Shown here: positions 56,359 through 64,000 of the stretch, piece after piece
Layout of the letters: each line of letters begins with the position of its first letter
Position numbering within the stretch: position 1 is the first letter of the stretch
From: Beijerinckiaceae bacterium
Lineage (GTDB): Bacteria > Pseudomonadota > Alphaproteobacteria > Rhizobiales > Beijerinckiaceae
DNA length: 64,000 nucleotides
Assembly (NCBI GenBank): GCA_027532775.1
Contig: JAPZTO010000006.1
Span: 136,047-200,046, forward strand
Direction of reading: 5' to 3'
Position numbers and translations under genes: made by a program
The notes under the pieces: generated by a model
Database searches by the model: none
Told to the model about the DNA's origin: nothing
Seen by the model: the letters and a program-made list of their open reading frames with translations, nothing else

Positions 56359-57660
56359 TCAGCCCCCGCGCGAAAGAGGGATAACGTTTTCCGGTCGCGT
56401 GTCCTCCCCCATTGCCGCAACGAGGGTCGCACCAATCGCATTCGAGGCGCGGCGCAATGGATCATCGGCAAGATGCGCGTAACGCTGGGTCGTGGTGGGT
56501 TGCTTATGCCCAAGAAGCTTTCCGACAATCTGCAAGCCCATGCCGCCGCCGGCACCGAAGCTGGCGAAGGTATGTCGCAAGTCATGTAAGCGAACACCTT
56601 CCAAGCCGGCGCGGCGCGCAACTGAGCGCCATGGCCGATGCAGGTCAGCGCGCGGCTTTTCATTCTCCTGCCCGGCACTTTCGCCGGCGATGACATATCG
56701 GCCTAATCGAGGCAATTTCGCCAACACGTCGAGGGCAGGCGCATTGAGGATGACGATTTTCCGACCACTCTTTGAATCCGGCAAAAGCAGGATACCGCGC
56801 TCGAAATCGATATGCGTCCATTCGAGATTGAGGATTTCCCGCAACCGGCAACCGGTCAGGATGAGAAGCCGCAATGCTGCCGCCGCATGCTCACCAATTT
56901 TTGCAACGCGGTTTTCAGCCTTGGGCGCGTGCTTCGCCTTCTTTGCCGGGTCCGGCTCCCAAGGAATGCCGTCGCGTTCAGCCTCACGGATTGCGTCACC
57001 AAGCCGGGCCAATTCCTCCGATGTCAGGTAGCGTTCACGCGGGCTTTCCGGAAACGGCTTAATGCCTTTCGTTGGGTTGAAGCCTTCCGCAACAAGACCT
57101 GTCTCCTCCGCATAGCGATAGAAGCCGGATAGCGCGACGATGACGCGGTTTGCAGTCACAGCCCTTGTCGCTCCCAAATCAGCGTGCAGCCGCCGAACCG
57201 CTTCGCGCGACACGTCCGCCAGCTTCTTTTTTCCAATGCGGGGCAGAATGTGCTTGTTGAAGTAAAGAGCCATCAAGTTGCGGCTCGACGCTTTCAGATG
57301 GAGCATGCCGCGCGCCTCGTAAGTCTCGAAAACGGCCTCAACGGTTTCAGCCTTGCGCGATTCCTTACGCGTTCCCGCCGGGTCCTGACCGAGGCGAACC
57401 AATGCCAAAAGCCGCCTCGCCTCGCTTCGCGCGGCATCGGCCTCCAGAGTATGCGCCGAACCAATCTTGAACCGCCGCACAGCAACACCGCGCCCGCCTT
57501 CACCGGGTCGATATTCGATAACCCAAGATTTCTCGCCGGACGGATAGACGCGAAGTCCGAAGCCCTTCACATCGCTGTCGCGCAAGGTGAAGCGCGCGGT
57601 TTCGGGCTGGGCCGCGTCAACGGCCCTCTTGGTCAGCTTTACGGCGGGGCGATGAGCCAT
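56359..57660 (-). CDS. Tyrosine recombinase/integrase with N-terminal arm-binding domain (P4-like)
   Basis: N-terminal RDSDVKGFGLRV..KSW arm domain; catalytic R (TGCRLRE), K (SKSG), HDLRH, LLGH, Y (QRYAH). Confidence 0.96.
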   Translation of the reverse strand: MAHRPAVKLTKRAVDAAQPETARFTLRDSDVKGFGLRVYPSGEKSWVIEYRPGEGGRGVAVRRFKIGSAHTLEADAARSEARRLLALVRLGQDPAGTRKESRKAETVEAVFETYEARGMLHLKASSRNLMALYFNKHILPRIGKKKLADVSREAVRRLHADLGATRAVTANRVIVALSGFYRYAEETGLVAEGFNPTKGIKPFPESPRERYLTSEELARLGDAIREAERDGIPWEPDPAKKAKHAPKAENRVAKIGEHAAAALRLLILTGCRLREILNLEWTHIDFERGILLLPDSKSGRKIVILNAPALDVLAKLPRLGRYVIAGESAGQENEKPRADLHRPWRSVARRAGLEGVRLHDLRHTFASFGAGGGMGLQIVGKLLGHKQPTTTQRYAHLADDPLRRASNAIGATLVAAMGEDTRPENVIPLSRGG

Positions 57661-57683
57661 CGAAATTCCCTTCCAAAACCGCT

Positions 57684-57706
57684 TTGGGTCGTCACCGGGT
57701 CGTCAC
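57684..57706 (+). repeat. Candidate integrase arm-type site (right)
   Basis: Identical 23-mer to 53073-53095, just upstream of the int start. Confidence 0.75.
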
Positions 57707-57823
57707 CGATCAGCGAAACACCAGAAGCCTTGCGGAGAGAAAATAAGGAAATCTGTCAAAAATTCAATCGGATATGGACACTGCCCACAGCCTACGGAAC
57801 CACCCGGAAAACCTGAAAATCAA

Positions 57824-57869
57824 TCTGGGGGACTAGGGGTCGTGGGTTCGAATCCGCCACTCCGACCAT
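57824..57869 (+). repeat. att core repeat (distal copy, 46 bp, one C missing)
   Basis: tctgggggactaggggtcgtgggttcgaatcc-gccactccgaccat. Confidence 0.92.
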
Positions 57870-57977
57870 CTTTCCCGCCATCGAATGCAAGCTTGTTTCC
57901 GATCTCCGGAGACGCGCTTTGCGCACGGCTCGCGGCATCGTCCGGAGGCGATCGGGGGGAACCCACGGCTGGTCGGA

Positions 57978-58670
57978 TCAGGCCTCGTCCAGCGTCTCCA
58001 CATAGCGCAAGCCGGCTTTCGCGAGGCCCTCGCGCATGGCGTACATGTCGAGACCGAGTTCGCCGGAGGCGAGGCGCTGGCGTTTTTCGGTCTCGTTCGC
58101 TTCGCGCTTTGCGCCAAGTTCGGCGATCCGCGCGGCATCGGCCCGGGGCACGACCACCACGCCATCATCATCGGCGACGATGACATCGCCCGCATGAACC
58201 AGTGCGCCGGCGCAGATGACCGGCACATTCACCGCACCGAGCGTCGCCTTCACCGTACCCTTGGCGGAAATCGCCCTCGACCAGACCGGGAATCCCATCT
58301 CCGTTAGCGTGCGGATATCGCGGACACCCGCGTCGATGATCAGCGCCTGCACCCCGCGCGCCTTGAGCGAGGTGGCGAGGAGATCGCCGAAATAGCCATC
58401 GGTCGACGGGGCCGTGACCGCCACGACGAGCACATCACCCGGCCGGCATTGCTCGACCGCGACATGCAACATCCAGTTGTCGCCCGGCTGGGCGAGGACC
58501 GTGATGGCGCTGCCGGCAATGGCGGCACCGGGATAGATCGGCCGCATATAGGGCTGCATCAGGCCGATCCGGCCCATGGCCTCGTGGGTGGTGGAGACGC
58601 CGAGGCCGGCCAGGCGCTCGATGGCGGCGGGTTCGGCCCGCTCGACCCGGGTGACGACGATTGTTTTCAC
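57978..58670 (-). CDS. galC: 4-carboxy-4-hydroxy-2-oxoadipate aldolase/oxaloacetate decarboxylase (GalC/LigK)
   Basis: [44 protein letters not shown]; GTG overlaps the upstream stop. Confidence 0.9.
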   Translation of the reverse strand: MKTIVVTRVERAEPAAIERLAGLGVSTTHEAMGRIGLMQPYMRPIYPGAAIAGSAITVLAQPGDNWMLHVAVEQCRPGDVLVVAVTAPSTDGYFGDLLATSLKARGVQALIIDAGVRDIRTLTEMGFPVWSRAISAKGTVKATLGAVNVPVICAGALVHAGDVIVADDDGVVVVPRADAARIAELGAKREANETEKRQRLASGELGLDMYAMREGLAKAGLRYVETLDEA

Positions 58671-59392
58671 GCGAGTTCCTCCAGAGCCTGCGGGAAGAGG
58701 CGCTGATAGGCCTCGCCATAGGTCATGGCGCGACCGGAATTGCGCCCGCCCTGCACGCCGCGATTGAGCGCGACACGGGTATAGTATTCCCAGAGATGCT
58801 TCTGCGCCGCCAGCACCTCGAAGGCCTTGCGCTTGGTTTCCCAGACATCGTCGATGTTGAGGATCACATTCGGTTTGAAATTGCATTGCTCGGGCTGGTG
58901 CGGCTCGAACAGGAAAACGGGCGGGGCAGCATAGGCGCGGTCCGGATCGGGCTTGTGGCCGGCTGCCTGCGCGATGATGCGGGCCTCCTGGGCCAGCCGC
59001 GTCGCCTCGGGATGGTCGATATTGTACGGATCCTCGAGGCTGTGGGTGAGGATGAAGCTCGGCTTCAACTCGTGGTTGATATCGACCAGCCGGTCGATGA
59101 TGGCCTCGGTGCCGCGCAGGGGGTAATCCCCCGCATCGAAGAACTCGATCTCGGCGCCGAGAATGGCGGCGGCGCGCTCGGCCTCGTCGCGGCGCTGCGC
59201 CTTGACCTCGGCGAGGCTCACGCCGGCCTTCTTCCAGGCGAACTGGCTCTCGCCGCGCTCGCCATAGGAAAGGCAGGCGATCTTCACCCGGTAGCCCTTG
59301 GCAACATGGAGCGCGATGGCGCCCCCGGCCCGCCAGACGAAATCCCCCGGATGGGCGGTGACGACAAGGCCGGTCTTGGTGGATGCACTCAT
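58667..59392 (-). CDS. galB: 4-oxalomesaconate hydratase, GalB (PIG-L family)
   Basis: [45 protein letters not shown]. Confidence 0.88.
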   Translation of the reverse strand: MSASTKTGLVVTAHPGDFVWRAGGAIALHVAKGYRVKIACLSYGERGESQFAWKKAGVSLAEVKAQRRDEAERAAAILGAEIEFFDAGDYPLRGTEAIIDRLVDINHELKPSFILTHSLEDPYNIDHPEATRLAQEARIIAQAAGHKPDPDRAYAAPPVFLFEPHQPEQCNFKPNVILNIDDVWETKRKAFEVLAAQKHLWEYYTRVALNRGVQGGRNSGRAMTYGEAYQRLFPQALEELA

Positions 59393-59405
59393 TCGGGATT
59401 TCCGA

Positions 59406-60512
59406 TCATTCGGCAGCGTGAGGAAGGGTTCCCGCCTCGGCGGGCTGGCGGGCGAAGGCAATGCCATCGAACAGCTTGCGCGCGGTCCGCAGCAGGCCGG
59501 CACGCGTGACAACCGGCGCCGCCTCGGTCCCTTCCACTTCAAGGCGGACGGAGAATTCGCCGGTCGGATGTTCGACCGAGAGCGTCCGGACCCGGCCCGA
59601 GGGCATGCGGGCCACGGCAGCGGCCGGCGAGCCGGGGAGAACGGCTGCCGTCGCCACCGTGACCGCCGCAAAGACGCCGATCGAGGCATGACATTCATGC
59701 GGGATGAAACTGCGCGTCAGGATATGGCCGCCCGCCACCGGCGGCGCGACGAGGGCGATTTTCGGCACGACCTTGCCCGAGACATCACCGAGATTCATCA
59801 AAGGGCCAGCCTCAAGCCGGATCGCCTCGATCCGGGCCTTGAGTTCAGCATCCTTGTCGAGCTGGTCGCGGGGTTCCTGCCCCGTCCGGCCGAGATCGGC
59901 GGCGCGCATCACGATGACGGGCATGCCATTGTCGATCAGCGTGCAGGGCACGCCTTGGATGACATCGACCACGTTGCCGGTGGGCAGGAGCTTGCCGCAG
60001 ACCGAGCCTTCCGCATCGAGGAAATCGATTGCAATCGGCGCCGCGGTGCCGGGCGCGCCGTCAATCCGGGCCGCGCCGAGATAGTTCACCACGCCACCGG
60101 GCGTTTCGACGAGGATCTCGGCGATCGTGCCGGTATTGAGCGTGCGCACCTTGACCCGCGTCTCGGGATGGCGGGCCTCGATGAGGCCGCGCTCGATGGC
60201 GAAGGGCACCACGCCGGCGAGGATGTTGCCGCAATTCGGGGTCGTATCGACCATCGGTTTGTCCACGCCGACCTGCGCGAACAGGAAATCGATGTCGCAG
60301 CCCGGCTCGACCGAACGCGAGACGATGGCCACCTTCGAGGTCAATGGATGCGCGCCGCCCAACCCATCGACCTGGCGCGGATCGGGCGAGCCCATCAGGC
60401 TGAGCAGCAGCGCATCCCGCGCGGCGGGATCGGCGGGCAGGTCCTCGGCGAGGAAATAGGCCCCTTTCGAGGTGCCGCCCCGCATCATCATGCATCGAAC
60501 GCCCCGGAGCAT
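59406..60512 (-). CDS. galD: 4-oxalomesaconate tautomerase (PrpF/GalD/LigU family)
   Basis: MRGGTSKG, QVDGLGGAHPLTSKVA, NCGN, CHASIG, EHPTG, RTARKLFDG. Confidence 0.9.
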   Translation of the reverse strand: MLRGVRCMMMRGGTSKGAYFLAEDLPADPAARDALLLSLMGSPDPRQVDGLGGAHPLTSKVAIVSRSVEPGCDIDFLFAQVGVDKPMVDTTPNCGNILAGVVPFAIERGLIEARHPETRVKVRTLNTGTIAEILVETPGGVVNYLGAARIDGAPGTAAPIAIDFLDAEGSVCGKLLPTGNVVDVIQGVPCTLIDNGMPVIVMRAADLGRTGQEPRDQLDKDAELKARIEAIRLEAGPLMNLGDVSGKVVPKIALVAPPVAGGHILTRSFIPHECHASIGVFAAVTVATAAVLPGSPAAAVARMPSGRVRTLSVEHPTGEFSVRLEVEGTEAAPVVTRAGLLRTARKLFDGIAFARQPAEAGTLPHAAE

Positions 60513-60795
60513 CGTGGTTTCCCGTTTCCCTGGGGGACCAGACCGGGCAGAACCATGCCGGCTGTCCTTCCTGTCCGAGACAGATGCTCCGCCCGGTTTG
60601 ATGAATCAAATGATCGTTTTGCACGGATTGATGAGCTGCATTCAAAGCCCGTCCCGACCTCCTCCGGTTTCGAGGTCGACGACCCAGGCATGCAAGACCT
60701 TCATCAATGGGCGCGAAAATCCAATTTGATTCAGCAGCGAGGCACCCGCATCCTGCACGCGACCAGAAGGCCGAACGCCCGCCCCGAGGAAAGCC

Positions 60796-61761
60796 GTGTC
60801 CCTGACCGAGCCCTGCCATGACATCGCGCATCTCGCCCATGTCGAGATGTATACCGACCGCTACGAGGACAGCCTGCGCTTCTTCACCGAGATCTACGGC
60901 CTCACCCTCACGGCGGAGGACGAGCATTCCGCCTATCTCCGGGCCTTCGACGATTACGAATTCCACAGCCTCAAGCTGACGCGCCACACGACAACCGGAG
61001 TGGGGCATGTCGCCTATCGCGCCAGTTCGGAGGCCGCCCTGCAGCGCCGGGTGCGCGCCATCGAGGCCAGCGGGTTCCACATCCATGGCTGGACCGAAGG
61101 CGATCTCGGCCATGGCCGCGCTTTCCGCTTCGAGGATCCGTTCGGCCATGTCTTCGAGATCTATTACGACACGCATCGCTATGTGCCGCCGGCGGGCCAG
61201 AAGGCGGCGCTGAAGAACATCGCCCAGCGCTATCACGGCCGCGGCGCCTGCCCGCGGCGGCTCGACCATCTCAACCTGCTGGCGAGCGATGTGCGCGAGT
61301 TCCGGCGCTTCATGGAAACCTGCCTCGGCAGCCGCGTGACCGAGATGATCCAGCTCGACAATGGCCGGATCGGCGGGTGCTGGTTCACGATCAACAACAA
61401 GACCTATGATCTCGCCTGCACCGAGGAGCATGGTGGCGGCACGGGGCGCCTGCACCATGTGACCTATGCCACCGACCAGCGCGAGGACATCCTGCGCGCG
61501 GCGGATATCTTCCTCGAGAACGGCGTGCATATCGAAACCGGGCCGCACAAGCATGCGATCCAGGGCACGTTCTTCCTCTATGTCTGGGAGCCGGCGGGCA
61601 ACCGCGTGGAACTGGCCAATGCCGGAGCGCGGCTCATCCTGGCGCCGGACTGGGAGCCGATCATCTGGACCGAAACCGACCGGAAGAAGGGCCAGGCCTG
61701 GGGGTTGAAGACGATCGAGACCTTCCACACGCATGGCACGCCGCCGGCGAAGAAGGACTGA
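60796..61761 (+). CDS. VOC-family extradiol dioxygenase (catechol 2,3-dioxygenase-like)
   Basis: AHLAHVE, RLDHLNL, GRLHHV, GPHKHAI, FLYVWEPAGNRVEL (2-His-1-Glu metal set intact). Confidence 0.9.
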   Translation: MSLTEPCHDIAHLAHVEMYTDRYEDSLRFFTEIYGLTLTAEDEHSAYLRAFDDYEFHSLKLTRHTTTGVGHVAYRASSEAALQRRVRAIEASGFHIHGWTEGDLGHGRAFRFEDPFGHVFEIYYDTHRYVPPAGQKAALKNIAQRYHGRGACPRRLDHLNLLASDVREFRRFMETCLGSRVTEMIQLDNGRIGGCWFTINNKTYDLACTEEHGGGTGRLHHVTYATDQREDILRAADIFLENGVHIETGPHKHAIQGTFFLYVWEPAGNRVELANAGARLILAPDWEPIIWTETDRKKGQAWGLKTIETFHTHGTPPAKKD

Positions 61762-61767
61762 GCGCTC

Positions 61768-62943
61768 TCAGGCCCCTGCCAGCCGCGTGCCGAGTTCGGC
61801 CAGCCTGTCCGCGCCGACATTGGCGAAGGCGATACGGAGATGGGTTTCCTGCCCCGGGCCGAAATAGGGCCCCGGCAAAGCCAGCACCCCGCTTTCCAGC
61901 GCCAGCTTGCGCGCCGCCTCCCGCGCGGGCAGGCCCGGGAAGGGATGGGCGGCAAAGGCGAAATAGGCGCCGAGGGAATCGAGCCGCCAGCCCGGCAGGG
62001 GTGCGAAGGCAGCGCGGCAGGCCGCCGCTCGGCGCACCAGATCGTCGCGCTGGCCATGGCGCCAGCTGCGCAGGCCCTCGATGGCCCAGGCGACCACCCT
62101 TTGGGCAAGGCGGGCCGGGCAGATCTGCATCGTGTCCAGCACCTTGGCGATCTCGGCCATGGTTTCCGGCGCGGCCGCCATCGCCCCGAGCCGGTGGCCC
62201 GGCACGGCATAGGCCTTCGAAAAGGAATAGAGCTGGATCACCGCATCGCCCCAGCCGGGATCGGCCAGCAGATCATGCGGGCGGCCGCTGCCAGCGGGCA
62301 GGAAATCGCGGTAGGTCTCGTCGAGGATGAGGGCCAGCCCGCGCTGCCGCGCCAGTTCCGCGAAGGCCGCGATTATGGTCGGCGGGTAGATGGCGCCGGT
62401 GGGGTTGTTCGGCGTGACGAGCACGATGGCGCGGGTGGCGGGCGTGATCCGCGCCGCCGCCTCCGCCACATCCGGGACGAAGCCCGTTTCCGGGCGGCAT
62501 GGCAGGGGCTGCGCTGCAATACCCAGCATATCCAGCGCCATCTTGTGGTTGAAATACCACGGCGTGGGCAGCATGACAGCGTCGCCCGCGCCGGCAATCG
62601 CCATCACGGCGACCATGAAGGCCTCGTTGCAGCCCGCCGTGATCGCGACCGATTCCACCGGGAGAGAGGCGCCATACAGCGCGCCGGTCTCCGCCGCATA
62701 GGCCTCGCGCAATTCGGCATCGCCCAGGATCGGGCCGTAGCGGGTGCAATCGGCATGGCCGGCAGCCTCGGCGAGGCGCTCCAGCATCGCGGCCGGCGGC
62801 GGCTCGCCGGGAACCGCCTGCGACAGGTCGATCATCGGGCCGTACCGCCCGTCATAATCGCGGCGCCAGCCCTGCGCCTCGGGAATGGGGGGTGAATCGA
62901 CCGCGAGCAGGCGCGGGTTGAGGCGGTAGGCAAGCTTTGTCAC
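61768..62943 (-). CDS. PLP-dependent class I/II aminotransferase
   Basis: IDLSQAVP, LVTPNNPTG, LDETYRDF, SFSKAYAVPGHRLG; GTG start at 62943. Confidence 0.88.
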   Translation of the reverse strand: MTKLAYRLNPRLLAVDSPPIPEAQGWRRDYDGRYGPMIDLSQAVPGEPPPAAMLERLAEAAGHADCTRYGPILGDAELREAYAAETGALYGASLPVESVAITAGCNEAFMVAVMAIAGAGDAVMLPTPWYFNHKMALDMLGIAAQPLPCRPETGFVPDVAEAAARITPATRAIVLVTPNNPTGAIYPPTIIAAFAELARQRGLALILDETYRDFLPAGSGRPHDLLADPGWGDAVIQLYSFSKAYAVPGHRLGAMAAAPETMAEIAKVLDTMQICPARLAQRVVAWAIEGLRSWRHGQRDDLVRRAAACRAAFAPLPGWRLDSLGAYFAFAAHPFPGLPAREAARKLALESGVLALPGPYFGPGQETHLRIAFANVGADRLAELGTRLAGA

Positions 62944-63081
62944 GGAGGGTCCTCGGGATATCCGGGCGACCTTAGCCCGCCATAGCGGCGGTGCAAGGGC
63001 TGGCTTCGCGCTTGCATGGGCGGATGCATTGACGGAACGCGCGCCCGTGCCATGTTCGATAGACAGAGAAGGAGACGTCCC

Positions 63082-63858
63082 ATGCTGCGCCCTCTCGCTT
63101 TTGCCTTCTGGCTGCTGGCCTCGGCCCTGCCCGCCCTTGCCGAAGCCTGCCTCGGCCCCATCGCCCGGGCGCCGGACGGCACGCCCATTTCCCGCGCGGC
63201 GCTGCAGAACGGCGAGGTGCGGATCACCTATGTCGGCCATTCCACTTTCACGATCGAGAGCCCGCAAGGCGTGACGGCGGCAACCGATTACAGCGATTAC
63301 TTCCGGCCGCCCTTCCTGCCGACCATTGCGACGATGAACCACGCCCATTCGAGCCATTTCACCTACCGGCCGGACCCCGCGATCCGGCATGTCCTGCGTG
63401 GCTGGGCGCATGAGGGGCGCACGCCGTCCTTCGATGTGCAGGAGCGCGACATGCGCGTCCGCAATGTGCCGACCAATATCCGCGATGGCGGGGCCACCGA
63501 ATTCTCCGGCAATTCGATCTTCATTTTCGAGGTGGGTGGCCTTTGCATCGCCCATCTTGGCCATCTCCACCACACGCTGACGCCGGACCATCTCAAGGCG
63601 ATCGGGCAGGTGGATATCCTGATGGCGGCGGTCGACGGCTCCTGGACGCTGGATCTCGACGGGATTGTCGAGGTGATCACGCAATTGCAGCCGAAAGTGG
63701 TGATCCCGATGCATTTCATCACCGAATACTCGCTGCAGCGCTTCCTCTCGCATATCGGGACGCGCTACCCGGTCGAGCGCCTGACCGGGGACAGCGCGGT
63801 GTATTCGCGTGCAAATTTGCCAACGAAACCGGCAATTCAGGTCATGATTGGCCGGTGA
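63082..63858 (+). CDS. Exported metallo-beta-lactamase-fold hydrolase (Lactamase_B_3-like)
   Basis: AAGGAG RBS; ITYVGHSTF, NHAHSSH, AHLGHL, VIPMHF. Confidence 0.85.
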   Translation: MLRPLAFAFWLLASALPALAEACLGPIARAPDGTPISRAALQNGEVRITYVGHSTFTIESPQGVTAATDYSDYFRPPFLPTIATMNHAHSSHFTYRPDPAIRHVLRGWAHEGRTPSFDVQERDMRVRNVPTNIRDGGATEFSGNSIFIFEVGGLCIAHLGHLHHTLTPDHLKAIGQVDILMAAVDGSWTLDLDGIVEVITQLQPKVVIPMHFITEYSLQRFLSHIGTRYPVERLTGDSAVYSRANLPTKPAIQVMIGR

Positions 63859-63889
63859 TTTTTGCTTCAATGCAAACTATAGTAAGGGG

Positions 63890-64000
63890 ATGACACTCAC
63901 CCTTTCTTCCCTTCCCGAAACGCCGGCCATGCCGGTTCTCTTCATCGGCCATGGTTCGCCGATGCATGCCATCGAGGACAGCGCGTTCTCGAGAGCCTGG
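63890..64000 (+). CDS. 4,5-DOPA dioxygenase/YgiD-like LigB-family enzyme, 5' part
   Basis: Manual translation MTLTLSSLPETPAMPVLFIGHGSPMHAIEDSAFSRAW contains the P.LFIGHGSPM signature. Confidence 0.85.
   Translation, partial: MTLTLSSLPETPAMPVLFIGHGSPMHAIEDSAFSRAW

Larger units (their letters stand above)
53008..57869. mobile_element. ~4.9 kb integrative element (satellite-like) in tRNA-Pro(GGG)
   Basis: Flanking tRNA 3' direct repeats, intact tyrosine integrase, AlpA-like, PC4-like and HTH genes, AT-richer cargo. Confidence 0.9.

Noticed and set aside
5284-57869. General homopolymer assembly error as the sole cause of the four single-base indels (near 5465, 5690, 54205, 57855)
   Set aside because: Not adopted as the default because the many core genes in the window are intact and all four indels fall in accessory DNA; it cannot be excluded without reads.
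63082-63858. Metallo-beta-lactamase resistance gene
   Set aside because: Motif is HAHSSH rather than HxHxDH and the sequence fits the broad Lactamase_B_3 hydrolase group; no basis for a resistance call.
62944-63870. 700 aa aminotransferase fusion
   Set aside because: The extension is antisense to the MBL-fold gene; aminotransferase homology begins near 62943.

Overview
GC-rich alphaproteobacterial chromosome segment; gene content and order suggest Hyphomicrobiales/Rhizobiales (inference). Housekeeping loci: glpX-hom, an AlaC-type aminotransferase, phaC, a FadL-type porin, argC, rplM-rpsI, metY and ctaA. Other blocks: a holdfast/unipolar-polysaccharide-like Wzy-type cluster (23.7-32.8 kb), a six-gene ynbABCD-like lipid operon (34.2-40.0 kb), a signalling block (41-50 kb), tRNA-Pro(GGG) carrying a ~4.9 kb integrase-bearing satellite-like island with att and arm repeats, and a galD-galB-galC 4-oxalomesaconate pathway opposite a VOC extradiol dioxygenase. 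Most notable: (1) a soluble PAS-histidine kinase fused to a family-5 solute-binding domain, near two globin-like ORFs lacking the proximal His and two divergent OmpR regulators; (2) an unannotated 14-codon leader with tandem rare Arg codons and a hairpin upstream of argC; (3) a recurring TGAAACA motif with 20 and 32-33 bp spacing upstream of several envelope genes; (4) a doubly frameshifted QPRVPAG-GGQW-motif gene followed by two AT-richer ORFs; (5) a C8-tract-split cargo gene in the island. All calls come from reading motifs by eye; no database searches were run. No CRISPR array or rRNA was seen.
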